Under the pieces are notes generated by a model. It was not told the origin of the DNA, searched no databases, and saw nothing but the letters and a program-made list of their open reading frames with translations. A stretch of DNA of 61,641 bases, the filler included, from Sphacelaria rigidula (lineage: Eukaryota): NCBI GenBank assembly GCA_964200075.2. It is 10 parts of 10 records of this genome, joined end to end, with 100 filler letters (N's around TTAATTAATTAA, not from the genome) between each part and the next. Parts side by side here need not be neighbours in the genome. Positions count along the whole stretch, not along the records: positions 49,395 to 55,468 come from CAXNAA020022416.1; positions 55,569 to 61,641 come from CAXNAA020022417.1; 8 more parts are not named here. One strand, written 5' to 3'. The position numbers were made by a program, and so were the translations under genes. Positions 51,390 through 61,641 of the stretch are shown here, in pieces; the first letter of the stretch is position 1, and every line of letters begins with the position of its first letter.

Positions 51390-51667
51390 TGTATCGCACT
51401 TTGAACTCCTTCCCCTCATCGGGAATCCGTGGTCTGAGGTGGTCAACCTACCTCCCCCCCGTACACGCCGTGCATCTTTGTCTCGCGGATTGAGTCAGCA
51501 CTCCCGCACCGCGTCAACTGTCGTCAAACAAATTCAGTCAACTACTGCTTGTTTAATCACGTACTCATGTCTTTAACGGTGGAAGCGGAAAACACCTAAC
51601 GCATCGGGATTGGAACCCTCGTTCTCTCCACCCTCATGGTGACAGTCGGACTATTAGACCACAGGGG
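51390..51667 (-). mobile_element. Probable tRNA-derived SINE (second family)
   Basis: Minus-strand head CCCTGTGGTCTAATAG...GAGGGTTCCAATCCCG has A- and B-box-like motifs; ends next to a simple-repeat (AT/AC) tract. Confidence 0.55.
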
Positions 51668-54057
51668 TGCACAAGACACGCGTAAACACCATATGATGGT
51701 ATCCACTGCTGTATAAATGGCCGTAGATATGTAACGATGTCGATAGTTAGCCAACACATTCAGAGGGCCTGCAGAGTTGTCTCAGCGCTTGTAGCTATCG
51801 ATGGGACAAAGATTGTGTGCGGAGCTTCCGACCAGATATATATATATGCATTTTGCGGCCAAGGAAAAAACACCGTTTGACGTTTGTGCCAAAATGTCTG
51901 ACTCACGGTTAACTCGAAAACACTGTTGTCTATCCTTTCTCCGAACCCAGTACGTTATTCTCAGTCCGTGAACCAATTTCAGTTGCAGAAATCTATGCGT
52001 GCAAGCTTCATTACTCGGATACAGGATGTTTCCCCTTGTACAGGGTGGGGTAATCTCCCCTTCCCCCCCCCCCCCCCCCCCGCCCGCCCCTCCTTCGTGC
52101 TTTANNNNNNNNNNGGAGTAGGAACGGTGCTCCGTCTCTAAAGGGATGCGTGGTCAATGGTCAAACGACCAAGGTAACCAACAAATGAGTACGCCCCCCG
52201 CCGCCCCTCTCCCTGCCCTCAAACTCTTGGCTTGAACGAACAACCGGGGTGTATTGCACAAGTCCTGTCTTCATCTCACGGTTGTTTGTGTGTGTGTGTG
52301 TGTGCGTGTGATGTTTGTCACAAACTACGATGTTTGTAGCCAAGTCAATATTACATTCATTGGCCCATGGCCTGCTTGGATAATGCACAGGAACGGGCGA
52401 TGTGGATGTTCTGAGGTGTTTTACTTTCTCCACATTTTGCCTTTACCGCCTCTTTCCGAGCTGAGGGCACTACTTGGGACTTATACACGACATCTCCATC
52501 TCACGCGCCGGCGCTCCGGAAGAGAGATTATTTCGCCTCGATCTCGATTGCCGTGAAATCTGTAACAGACACGCACAGTGTGCGACTAGTTTACAGCGGT
52601 ACTTCTGCAACTCTTAATCGTTACAACGCTCGTGACCGCGGCTGAAACGTCATGTTATCTGAGTTTCAATATTTTGTCGAGGAAGAGAGTCTTGATATGC
52701 AGCCCTTCCATACAACCTCTTTCTACTAGCTTGGCGGAACCAACCTTGGAAAACACCAGGCGTAGGGGCACAGAAACACTGACGAGAGATCTGAGGCGGA
52801 GAGGCTTGAAGTTTATTGATGTCGGCATGCTGTCGAGCTGCCTCGCGGGTGTAGTATAGCAGTGAGCATTGCGAATACGTCTATCGATTAGAACAACGCC
52901 CTGGGTACCTGTCTGCCCGCGCGTACCTGTACAATCTCTCGTGAGCGCAGGTGGAAACTCATCAAGTCAAATGGTTGACCTCTGACAGTGCAAACAATGT
53001 AAGCGGCGGCAGTAGAGAATAGCCCCCCCACAGCCTCTTGGTTCTTCTGATCGTCCTGTTATTTTCCGTCCACGACAGTTGCACATACACCTGGCTTTGC
53101 TGAAACGTGTGTTTTGGTGAGCTCGTGACCTTGGAAAATAAAGCGGATGCAAAGAGTAAAACGCGGCTACAGAACAAGAGTATTCAAGGACTGTTCTGTC
53201 TGGCGTTCCTCTGTAGCCACAGCCTGTGGATGAAAACTCGAACTCGTTTCCACAGGCTGACCGCGAGTCTGATAGGAGTCAAACTAGGCCACCTTTCCAA
53301 CAAAGATCCGAAAGTCGACCATGGTGGAAGATTTTTGCCTATGGATGTCCGTTTTGATTTTCATGTTCAGTGAGGTTGTGTTATGCAGTAATCAGCACAC
53401 ATTCAGCTATTTATAGCACCCACTCTTCATATCCGACACGCTAACGCTAGAGCCCCAGGGCTCATTAGTCTTGATCTATCATCATCCATCCTTGCCCCGG
53501 TTATCGTCATACTTCTCACTAGGTAGGCGGGGCCCTCCGGCTCACCCCTTGTCATCGACACGTCTTAGTCTCGCCATACAGCAAGATCCTTTCAACTCCT
53601 ATTCACAAGACCTGTCATACGTCGTGTGCACCCTTTCAGAGTATGAAGCTATATTGCCTGCGTTCAACATGGACTTCATCGCATCCATCTTGAATAGTAG
53701 TTAGAAGGGTGACCGGTCGCTTCACGACAGGAAATCGTGACACCTTTTTCGTACATGCAACATTTTTCAAGCGCGAGTTCATCGTTTCGGAACATGTCAT
53801 CTTGCCGATCCTCAGCGCAGTCGGCCCCGAGGCGATGACCGAGTAGTTTTCTCTTTTTTTCGTATCCCTTCCAAGGGAAGCACATCGCGTACTTCGTGGT
53901 CCCCAAAGATCCTGGCCGTTTTCACACGATCGGTTTTAACCGCAACGGTCTCTTCTTTTTTTGTATATTTTCAAATGGTCATTCTTGAGATCCGTTCCCT
54001 CATTACAGTTGTCGCAGCGAGGGGGCTAACCGTTTGACCATGACCGAACAGTCTACA

Positions 54058-54410
54058 GTGTGTGTTGTCGTCCCATCTATTCTGGACGCCGATCTAAATA
54101 TTTCGGTATACGTGGGCGCATCAGCCGAGGTCACACAGAAGGAAGGTCAACGCAGGAGATTTTTCTTTGTTGTTCGTTTTGAGTGACCCACCTTCCTTCT
54201 GCGGTGCTTGCCTTTTTCTTTTTTATCGCGAGAGGGGTTCAGCAGTCCCTTACACTTGTCGACCGGTAAGTCGAATTTTTAGTCGAAATTTAGTCGCTCT
54301 CCACTGTTGGGCATGGTGTGAGAAAAAATCCCAGATCGCTCCGAAATTTGAACCCACGACCCAACCGTCAGAAGGCTTCGAGGTTACGCACTGAGCCACC
54401 GGAGCGACCG
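54058..54410 (-). mobile_element. tRNA-derived SINE family A, near full length
   Basis: Head CGGTCGCTCCGGTGGCTCAGTGCGTAACCTCGAAGCCTTCTGACGGTTGGGTCGTGGGTTCAAAT (A box and B box); tail GGCGTCCAGAATAGATGGGACGACAACACAC. Confidence 0.85.
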
Positions 54411-54832
54411 GCAGTATCTGTGCATCATTGTACACCAATGCACCACCTTGTGTATTGTTGCCTTCAAACTCTGCATCCTGCAGCAGTTGAGAGTTCCCAA
54501 AGTATTGCTGGTCAATGGATTACATGTATGTTGAATGCTTCGGAAAGTTCTCGTTTTCCGACCGCTGAGCATAAAGAATCAATTTCTTGCTAAAACAAGA
54601 AGTGCGCTGCGGCGTGCTACAGCATCCACGGCACCGTCGTCACGTAGTGTTATTTTCCAGTCTTTGCTCCCATTCCCCCGCCCCCTCGAATTCAACAAAG
54701 TTAATATTAATACTAAGAATTGGCCCGAATTTTACTTTTTTACTTACTCTCACTTTCCCCTATTTCCTTTATTTTCTCTCTCTTCCCCCCCTCCCCCCAA
54801 ATATCCTGGGGCAGCAACAACAATCAAAACAG

Positions 54833-55071
54833 GGTAGGCGGACCATCGCTACGAACAGATCGCACGGTTCTTCAGCCTTCCGTCGCCCCACTATTGGCCG
54901 AGGGTGATGGAGACTCCTCCCCTTCCTCGCCGCCGCCGCCGCGGCCAAAGGCGGAGAAGAAGGTGGACGGGCCAGCACCAGCGCCAGCGCCGGCTGCTAC
55001 GCCGCCTTCTCCCAGCGGTGGTGGCCCGGCGCCAGGCAGTATCAAGGATGCTATCGCGGCGTTTTCTAAAG
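54833..55071 (+). CDS. Pro-rich internal exon of an unknown protein (possible WH2-like start), with a GC splice donor
   Basis: aaaacag|...VGGPSLRTDRTVLQPSVAPLLAEGDGDSSPSSPPPPRPKAEKKVDGPAPAPAPAATPPSPSGGGPAPGSIKDAIAAFSK, ending at AAG|GCAAGT; GC-rich, coding-like composition. Confidence 0.6.
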
Positions 55072-55568
55072 GCAAGTTGTTGTTGATAAGTCGTCTTTCT
55101 TCTGTTTGAAACGCGGAATGATGTGGATGTGGTTGAACGGAGAGCAAAGGGATTGTCCAGTCAACGTTTGTTCGTCGACGTCGGGTGTAAAGTGTAAGAT
55201 ACGTTATTGGTACAGCAGGCGATGGCCGCATTTCCAAGGCAAACCTACGTCAATTGTTGTCGTGATCCAATCAGTCTGGATTATCCTCTTTACATCATTG
55301 ACGTATATAAATATTTACGGCGAGCTATAACACTCGTAGTTTCCCACACCTTGGACAATATGTGGTCAATAGTTGCAGTAGACAAGAAACGTCCTGCATA
55401 GAGTATAGGCCTATTGCGACTATTGTCGGCCGGCAATAGTTGCAATAGGCCTACACTTTATGCAGTACNNNNNNNNNNNNNNNNNNNNNNNNNNNNNNNN
55501 NNNNNNNNNNNNTTAATTAATTAANNNNNNNNNNNNNNNNNNNNNNNNNNNNNNNNNNNNNNNNNNNN

Positions 55569-55740
55569 TTTATTATTATTATTATTATTATTTTTCATTT
55601 TTATTATTATCATTATCATATCATTATCATTATCATCATCATCATTATTGTTATTATCATCCTTATTATCATCCTTATTATTATCGTCATTATTATTATG
55701 ATTATCATCATCATCATCAATATATTCAATACATTCAATA
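55569..55740. repeat. (TTA/TCA)n low-complexity microsatellite
   Basis: Degenerate trinucleotide run. Confidence 0.95.
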
Positions 55741-56227
55741 GCGTAAGCGTAAAAGTGAGGACAAACCCGTACTTCGGGACCTATCAAAAGTGATCTTTCC
55801 GGAACAATTATTATTATTATTATTATTTCATCAATGATTAATCCTATATTATTAATTACGTGCTTTTCGTTTTTTACTATTTATTATTAATATTTATCAT
55901 TGCTATTGTTTCCGCACATTAGCCCCATCTGTGAAACCCGTGGTCGCAGACGTAAGTTTGTATTTTCCAATCCCATCCCTGCCGTTCCTTACGAGAGACA
56001 GGAATTCCCAGTGTTTCTTCTAAGACTCCAAATAATGAAACAACGAAATCACAAAAAAGCAGTAAGAGAGGGAGATACGTCAAGAAAAACAGGAGAGAAA
56101 ATTACAGTTACAACAGTGCGCTTTTTTTCACCCGACTTCTTCACCGTCATGAACGACCATCCCCTTCAACGTACCCAGAACATGTTTTTTTGTCGCCGTT
56201 CGGTTCCTATGTGGTAACTGTTTGCAG

Positions 56228-59200
56228 GTTATGGGCAACCACGTGGCGGTAACCGTCGGAGGTTCCAACGGGCATTTCGAGCTCAACGTCTTCAAGCCGG
56301 TTATGGTGAGACGGACATGTCATACTTCAACGTGGGTATTTTTTTATTTTTTTCGTTCATGAATACTTCGCGCTTTTTCTGCAGAACTTTGTGATTGATC
56401 GAAGTCACATCGGGTACTGCAGTCCTAGCTGGCACAGGGCGTTTTCCTTTTGGATTGGTTTTGCTTCCCTTCCGTGTTTGACAAGTTGCTGCTTGTTGTT
56501 CTTGAAAGCATATCAACCCGGACCTTCTCGAAGTCAGCCGGCAATGATGAAGCCAGTCTAGATCAGTTTTTTTGCGGCTACATTACATGATGCTTTGACT
56601 GCTCCCGTGATATACCCATGTACGGCGTGTTTGTTGAGCATGACCCTGACTGTTGGAACTCTCGAGATGAATTCACCGTAACGCTGGATAAATCCTGTCA
56701 TTCTTTCACGTACAGTATTGATAAACGTTCTGGGCTTGTCGCCGCCCCACCTCGCTGATGCAACTCGTCCTGTACATCTCTGACCCAGATGTTAGCGGGG
56801 TATACAGGGTTCGAACCCCAGCAAACGATGCGGTCATTCTCCGGGGAGCATCTGATTTGTTCACATATTTGAGGACGTGCGTGAGGGCGTACGTCGGTAG
56901 CGAGCGAACAATGAAATCGTAATCGTCGACCCCGTGGAAGGGAGTGGTGATGGTCATGATCCAACCCGCGATACCAAGAACAATTTAAAATGTCAAGCAT
57001 GTAAAGTGACGGGGGACAACTGGGTCAATCCCCTGAGAGAGCTAATTTGGTCCGGGGAAAGAGACAGGTTTGGTTGGAAGCGCGGCCAGAGAGAGGGGGG
57101 GAGGGGAAGGGGCGGAGGGGGTACTCCTTTGTCGCTTGCCTTAGTCATTTGACCACTCACCACACATCCCTTTCGAGACGGAACACTGTTCCTACTGCTA
57201 GTGGAGACATCTGCAACATTTGAGAGGGTAGCGGGGGGGGGAGGGGGTGCGTACGCACTTGTTGCGCGCCCTAGTCATTTTACCATTTTGCACGCATCCC
57301 TTTCGAGGCGGAGTACCGTTCCTACTCCTGGTGGAGACCCTTCAACATTTCGGCTCCCATTACATTTCTTCCATACACCACGCGAAAAACTATTCACGTT
57401 TCTTGTCCCCTTCCTATTTCACCGTCCGTGGCCACCATCTATGTCCAGGTATAGTAATTCGTTTTTAGCTACCATGTAAACGGTCGTCCTGGTGGCTCAG
57501 TTGGTGACCTCGAAACCTTCTGACGGTTGAGTCGTGAGCTCTAATCTCGGGGCGGTCTGGGATTTCTTTCTCATGCCCAACAGGGGAGAGTGGCTATGTC
57601 GCGGGTACACAACAGTCGACTGAATGGTCGACGCGGGAAAGGGACTGCTGAACCCCCCTCGCGATGAGAAGTAAAGCGACGCACCGCGGAAGGAAGGTGG
57701 AGATCTAAACAAAACAACATATCGACAAAAAACCTCCTGTGTTGGCCCTCCTCCTGTGTGACCCCGACTGGTGCGCCCTCATATACCGAAAGGTGTAGAC
57801 TGGCGTCCAGAATAGATGGGATGACAACACACATACACACACATCAAATGCACCCAACGATTTCATGCCTGTGGGTTAATCCCTTGATAGAACAGATTCC
57901 TTCCGACGAAGGAGAAGGGTTGGAAGCGCAGCAAGAGAAGGACGGGGGGGAGACGGGGGTAGTGTGCTCGTGACCTTGCATGCCGTAGTTGGCCTCGCAT
58001 CCCTACAAAGCCGGGAGAAAGCAGGCCGGATTTTCGCCGGACCAGGCTCGCAATCACCACGCGCGAAGCGCTGTGATGTTCTCGGCAAGTCGCATCAAGG
58101 GAGAAGGGGGGGGGGGCGTACTCATTTGTTGCTTGCCTTAGTCGGGGATTCATTTATTTGGAGATCAAACGGTTTATTTTGGCAATGGATAAGCAAGCCC
58201 AAATCAGTCACGTACGACTAGAACACATTTCGTTTCTCGCTCCCGCATTTTCGCGAGGCTTTTTAAACTTCGCTTGCTCACGATATCCCCTTGTCGCGGT
58301 CATGTGCATGATGGCCATGTGAACGTATTTCATACCCTGGACAATGACAGTACATGGTCCAAGAGATGCAGTGGGCAAAAAAATGTACTGGGTGAAGTAT
58401 GGGCCTATTGCAACTATTGCACATCCTGGACAGTATTTTTGGTCAATAGATGCAATAGGCCTTTACTTTACCCGGTACATTTTTCTGCCTATTGCATCTA
58501 TTGACCATGTATTGTCGTTGTCCAGGTTGTGAAGGATTTTGGCGTGTGCGTGCAGATGGCCACTTTTTCAATCACTCGTTGTTGCGTGGGGAATGAGTTC
58601 TTGTGGTCTTTTCACGCTTGCTGTTACATGCACACACCGACACAGATCATCGGCATATGGTTGCGGAAAATTTTAGTGACCTGCCCCGACATGAAATATA
58701 ATATAATATATATATATGTACAAGCCGTACGGCACCCGGGGCTGCGCCCCGGTCCCGTCCGTCTTTTTCGAGGGTCTCAGTATTCTTGCCTTGCCAAGCC
58801 CTCTTGAGAATAGATCCTCTCTTGAAATGTTCATGCCCACCGGAAACATTGCAGGACCACCGCGATCGCGCGTCCATCCGAACGGTCGCGAACGCATGAG
58901 TACCCCCGCACGAAGTAAAGTACGAGTCCACTGACCGGACCCCTAGCATTGGCATTGGCCCGAACAGTCATCTCCCGGGGCGGGTGCGGAGGAACTTGCA
59001 CACTAAAATCAGGATAGAATCTCGTGGACGCCTCGTTACAAAGTATGCTTGACGCTCGTGAGTTCGAAATATTCTATATGTATACTATATATTAAAAAAA
59101 CAAACTGTAGCTTTGGAACGTTGTCCATGAGCCAGGAGCCAGTAAACCTGCTGTGGTGACCTTGTTTTATTTATCTCCAAGAAGAGTTTTTTGGTACGTG

Positions 59201-59754
59201 ACATTCGCTGTGTGTACGACGACCGCTGGTCAAGATCTCCGAAAGACGGCAATTGTTCATTTTACTTCGTCGATTCGTTTCTTGTGCTGGACGCTGTTTG
59301 TTTCAAGACGGAACGAAATAGCTTCTTGAGTGGAAGGAAGAGCAAGCAAACTTGTGTGCGTTGGATGAATACTGATTCGTCTGATGACTACCTGCTCTTG
59401 AGTATAATTAATTCGTACGGTATGAATCAATCCTTGGGTTGTGTTTTCAGCGTTGCATCCCCATCTTCGCGCACCCCCAGACACGCGGAATATCGCAAAC
59501 TTTGCGTAGCGACTTCTGCGATCTGCCGTCATATTTTCCTTTCTGTGTTTCGAGCAATCAGGCCTCAAGAATCGTGGAGTTGGTGATCCGAAGCAGCGAT
59601 GATTCGCGACCCTTGCAAAGTTTGGCGCTTGTCGTGCGTGCGTGCGCGTGTGCGTGTATGTGCAGGTTGCCAACCTCCTGAGTTCAATGCGTCTGATCGG
59701 AGACAGCTGCGCTTCGTTCGCTGATCGCTGTGTGTCCGGGACGGTGGCAAACCG
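56228..59754 (+). CDS. fumC: Class II fumarate hydratase, two internal exons 56228-56305 and 59666-59754
   Basis: ttgcag|[26 protein letters not shown]|gtgaga ... tgcag|[30 protein letters not shown]|gtaagc; contains the signature [14 protein letters not shown]. Confidence 0.95.
57481..57843 (+). mobile_element. tRNA-derived SINE family A, full length (in fumarase intron)
   Basis: Head GGTGGCTCAGTTGGTGACCTCGAAACCTTCTGACGG...; tail GGCGTCCAGAATAGATGGGATGACAACACACATACACAC. Confidence 0.85.
58331..58531. mobile_element. hAT-type palindromic MITE (CATACCCTGGAC family)
   Basis: TIRs CATACCCTGGACAATGACAGTACATGGTC and GACCATGTATTGTCGTTGTCCAGGTTGTG; imperfect 8-bp TSD ACGTATTT/AAGGATTT. A truncated relative lies at 55345-55468. 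Confidence 0.8.
58721..59092 (-). mobile_element. Possible non-autonomous Helitron
   Basis: GC hairpin CCGGGGCTGCGCCCCGG (58736-58752) lies about 11 nt from a minus-strand CTTG|T end; the opposite end is TATA-rich. Confidence 0.35.
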
Positions 59755-60253
59755 GTAAGCTGAAGCAGGCCTAGTCTTCAACCACAGCGCCTTCGATTGA
59801 TCGCTTGATCGAGTGATTGATTTGTCGCACATGAATTGATACCACGAGGCACCCAGCCGTTGTCGCATTCCGATCCTTCCTTGGCACGTTCGTCGTGGTA
59901 CCTACCTTGCGTTTAGGGTCTCGCGGGGAGGGTGCAGCCTTCCCAACCCCGCGTCGGCCTTTAGCTCCAGTCCGCTGGCCCACGTTTCTTTTTTTTTGTC
60001 GATCCTGTATAAAGTCGTGCGTGCCTGGCACTTACTCACACATGTCTGACCTCCGTCCATATGTTTTCCGTGACAAGTGTCCCAACCTCGGGTGAACCTG
60101 CGCAGCTTCGAGGTTGAGTTTGGGCCCCAGTACGGGATAAAGCTCAGCACCTGCAGGGTTGGGCCCGGAGTTTCGACACGATCGACACGGCCCACTGGCT
60201 AGCTCATGCGCTGCATCAGCGTTGATTCCGTGTAAAGACTAGTCTGTGGTTTG

Positions 60254-60391
60254 CATACCCTGGACGAGGGATTCCATTGTCAGAAAATGTACTGTGCACA
60301 GTATGAAATATATTGCCTAATGCAATAGACGCAATAGTCGATACGGTACCCCGTACACTTTTTGACAATGGAATGTCTTGTCCAGGTTGCG
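60254..60391. mobile_element. hAT-type MITE with perfect 8-bp TSD GTGGTTTG
   Basis: GTGGTTTG|CATACCCTGGAC...GTCCAGGTTGCG|GTGGTTTG. Confidence 0.85.
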
Positions 60392-61269
60392 GTGGTTTGT
60401 GTCACTCTCTCCCAGCGCGTACAGACAGTCGTGTGGTTCATGTATAAGTGCGGCAGTAGATACCAATAGACGTGTCCACTTTTTTTCTCTCCCTTGATTT
60501 TTGTTCGTTTTTGTACTTCTGCCTTTCAGTGAAAGTACTTACTCTGTTCGGTTATTTTCTTGTTATTTTCATCCTCTCCCTCCCTTGCTCGAGTTCCCGT
60601 CAGCGACTGTTTCCGACAACGGTTTCGTGGAATCCTGGTTGTGATTCTTTTGAAAAATGTGTATCGGGTAAGGTATTTATTTCCTACGTTTGGGTACTTT
60701 GAAAAATCGCACTCCAAGTACCCCAGAGCCGAGTAGAGCAGTGAGATCGTACTCTACAGCAATTGGATATAGAGTACAACGATGCGACCGTACCAAACTT
60801 CACCCAATACTTTAGTAACGTTTGACGATCGGACCACCACAACACAAACTTCGGGACAGTAAATACCCGGGTACTTTCCTTACCCGACATCCCCCGGACC
60901 CGTTTTCCTGGTTCTGGACCATGACCATACATCCATCCTCGTGTCCTGCAGTTTTGACCTGAATGGTGGGGCTATTATTAGGCGGACGCACCCCGAACAA
61001 CGATTGGAGCCCTTGCTCGGGAAAACGATAATACGCGTCTAGTTTTTTATTCCGATTACATCCGGCTGAGGCCTTGGTACTTTCTTTTTCCATGGAGGAA
61101 GAAGGAGGATACCTCACCCAGCAGTTACCCCGCGAACGGGTTCGTGCGCCGATTACTCCGAAGCTCGGCTAGACCACCTCGCGGCGGTCATGTGGGGTAA
61201 GCACCTAGAGCGTTCGGAAAGCTTTGCTCAAAAACACGAGATCTTACAAATTGGGGATGGATCTTTTAT

Positions 61270-61641
61270 TGGGGATGAGAAAACCCGGGTAATTAAAATT
61301 TTCGTATCCACACCAAACCAACGAAATATGGTTCCATTTTTGCACCTACCGGTAGCTTTTGGCAGCTGCTACACGCCATAGAAATTTGGATTTCGATCAC
61401 CGAAATGTTAGGGTCCTAGGTGGAAAACCAATTTCGGAACCATTTTGGCGTCCGTTCGGACACCCGGAATTCCCCAAAATTGTTTTTTCACCTAGGACCC
61501 CAACATTTCGGTGATCGAAACCCAAATTTCTATGGCCTGTAGCAGTTGTCAATAGCTATCGTTAGGGGAAGAAATGGAACCATATTTCGAAGATTCGGTG
61601 TGGATACAAAGATTTTAATTCTCCGGGTTTTCTCATCCCCA
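61270..61641. repeat. Foldback element/palindrome of at least 372 bp, cut by the window end
   Basis: TGGGGATGAGAAAACCCGG pairs with CCGGGTTTTCTCATCCCCA; pairing continues to a small loop near 61455. Confidence 0.92.

Noticed and set aside
54330..54410. tRNA gene (also 57481-57560)
   Set aside because: No proper acceptor stem or cloverleaf, and the sequence continues into a multicopy SINE body.
1..61641. Gene cluster or system formed by the neighbouring genes
   Set aside because: The contigs are length-sorted and joined by artificial linkers, so adjacency across linkers has no biological meaning.

Overview
Eukaryotic nuclear DNA, most likely from a brown alga (inferred from long GT-AG introns with CA-rich acceptors, ~50% GC, CpG-rich repeats and the repeat landscape). 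The window is not one locus. It is ten unrelated ~6.07-kb contigs (1-6075, 6176-12250, 12351-18424, 18525-24598, 24699-30772, 30873-36946, 37047-43120, 43221-49294, 49395-55468, 55569-61641) joined by 100-nt N/TTAATTAATTAA linkers, so most supplied ORFs are spurious. Spliced gene fragments I can reconstruct: pyrimidine 5'-nucleotidase (NT5C3-like), a UHM/RRM splicing-factor exon, a YfaP/DUF2135-domain gene, the RCK2 C-terminus of a BK/Slo-type K+ channel, class II fumarase, a six-exon unknown gene and a Pro-rich exon. The rest is mostly transposable elements: a Copia element with both LTRs and TSD, Gypsy remnants, a 2.7-kb non-autonomous hAT with ACGT-rich subterminal arrays, piggyBac/Harbinger/hAT MITEs, tRNA-derived SINEs and long foldbacks. 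The most unusual signals are a LINE group with C-rich tails that appears to insert into C/G tracts, the intron-containing bacterial-type YfaP gene, a ~590-bp hairpin nested in the hAT element, and Copia LTRs ending TG...TA. All identifications come from manual translation and motif recognition; no searches were run.
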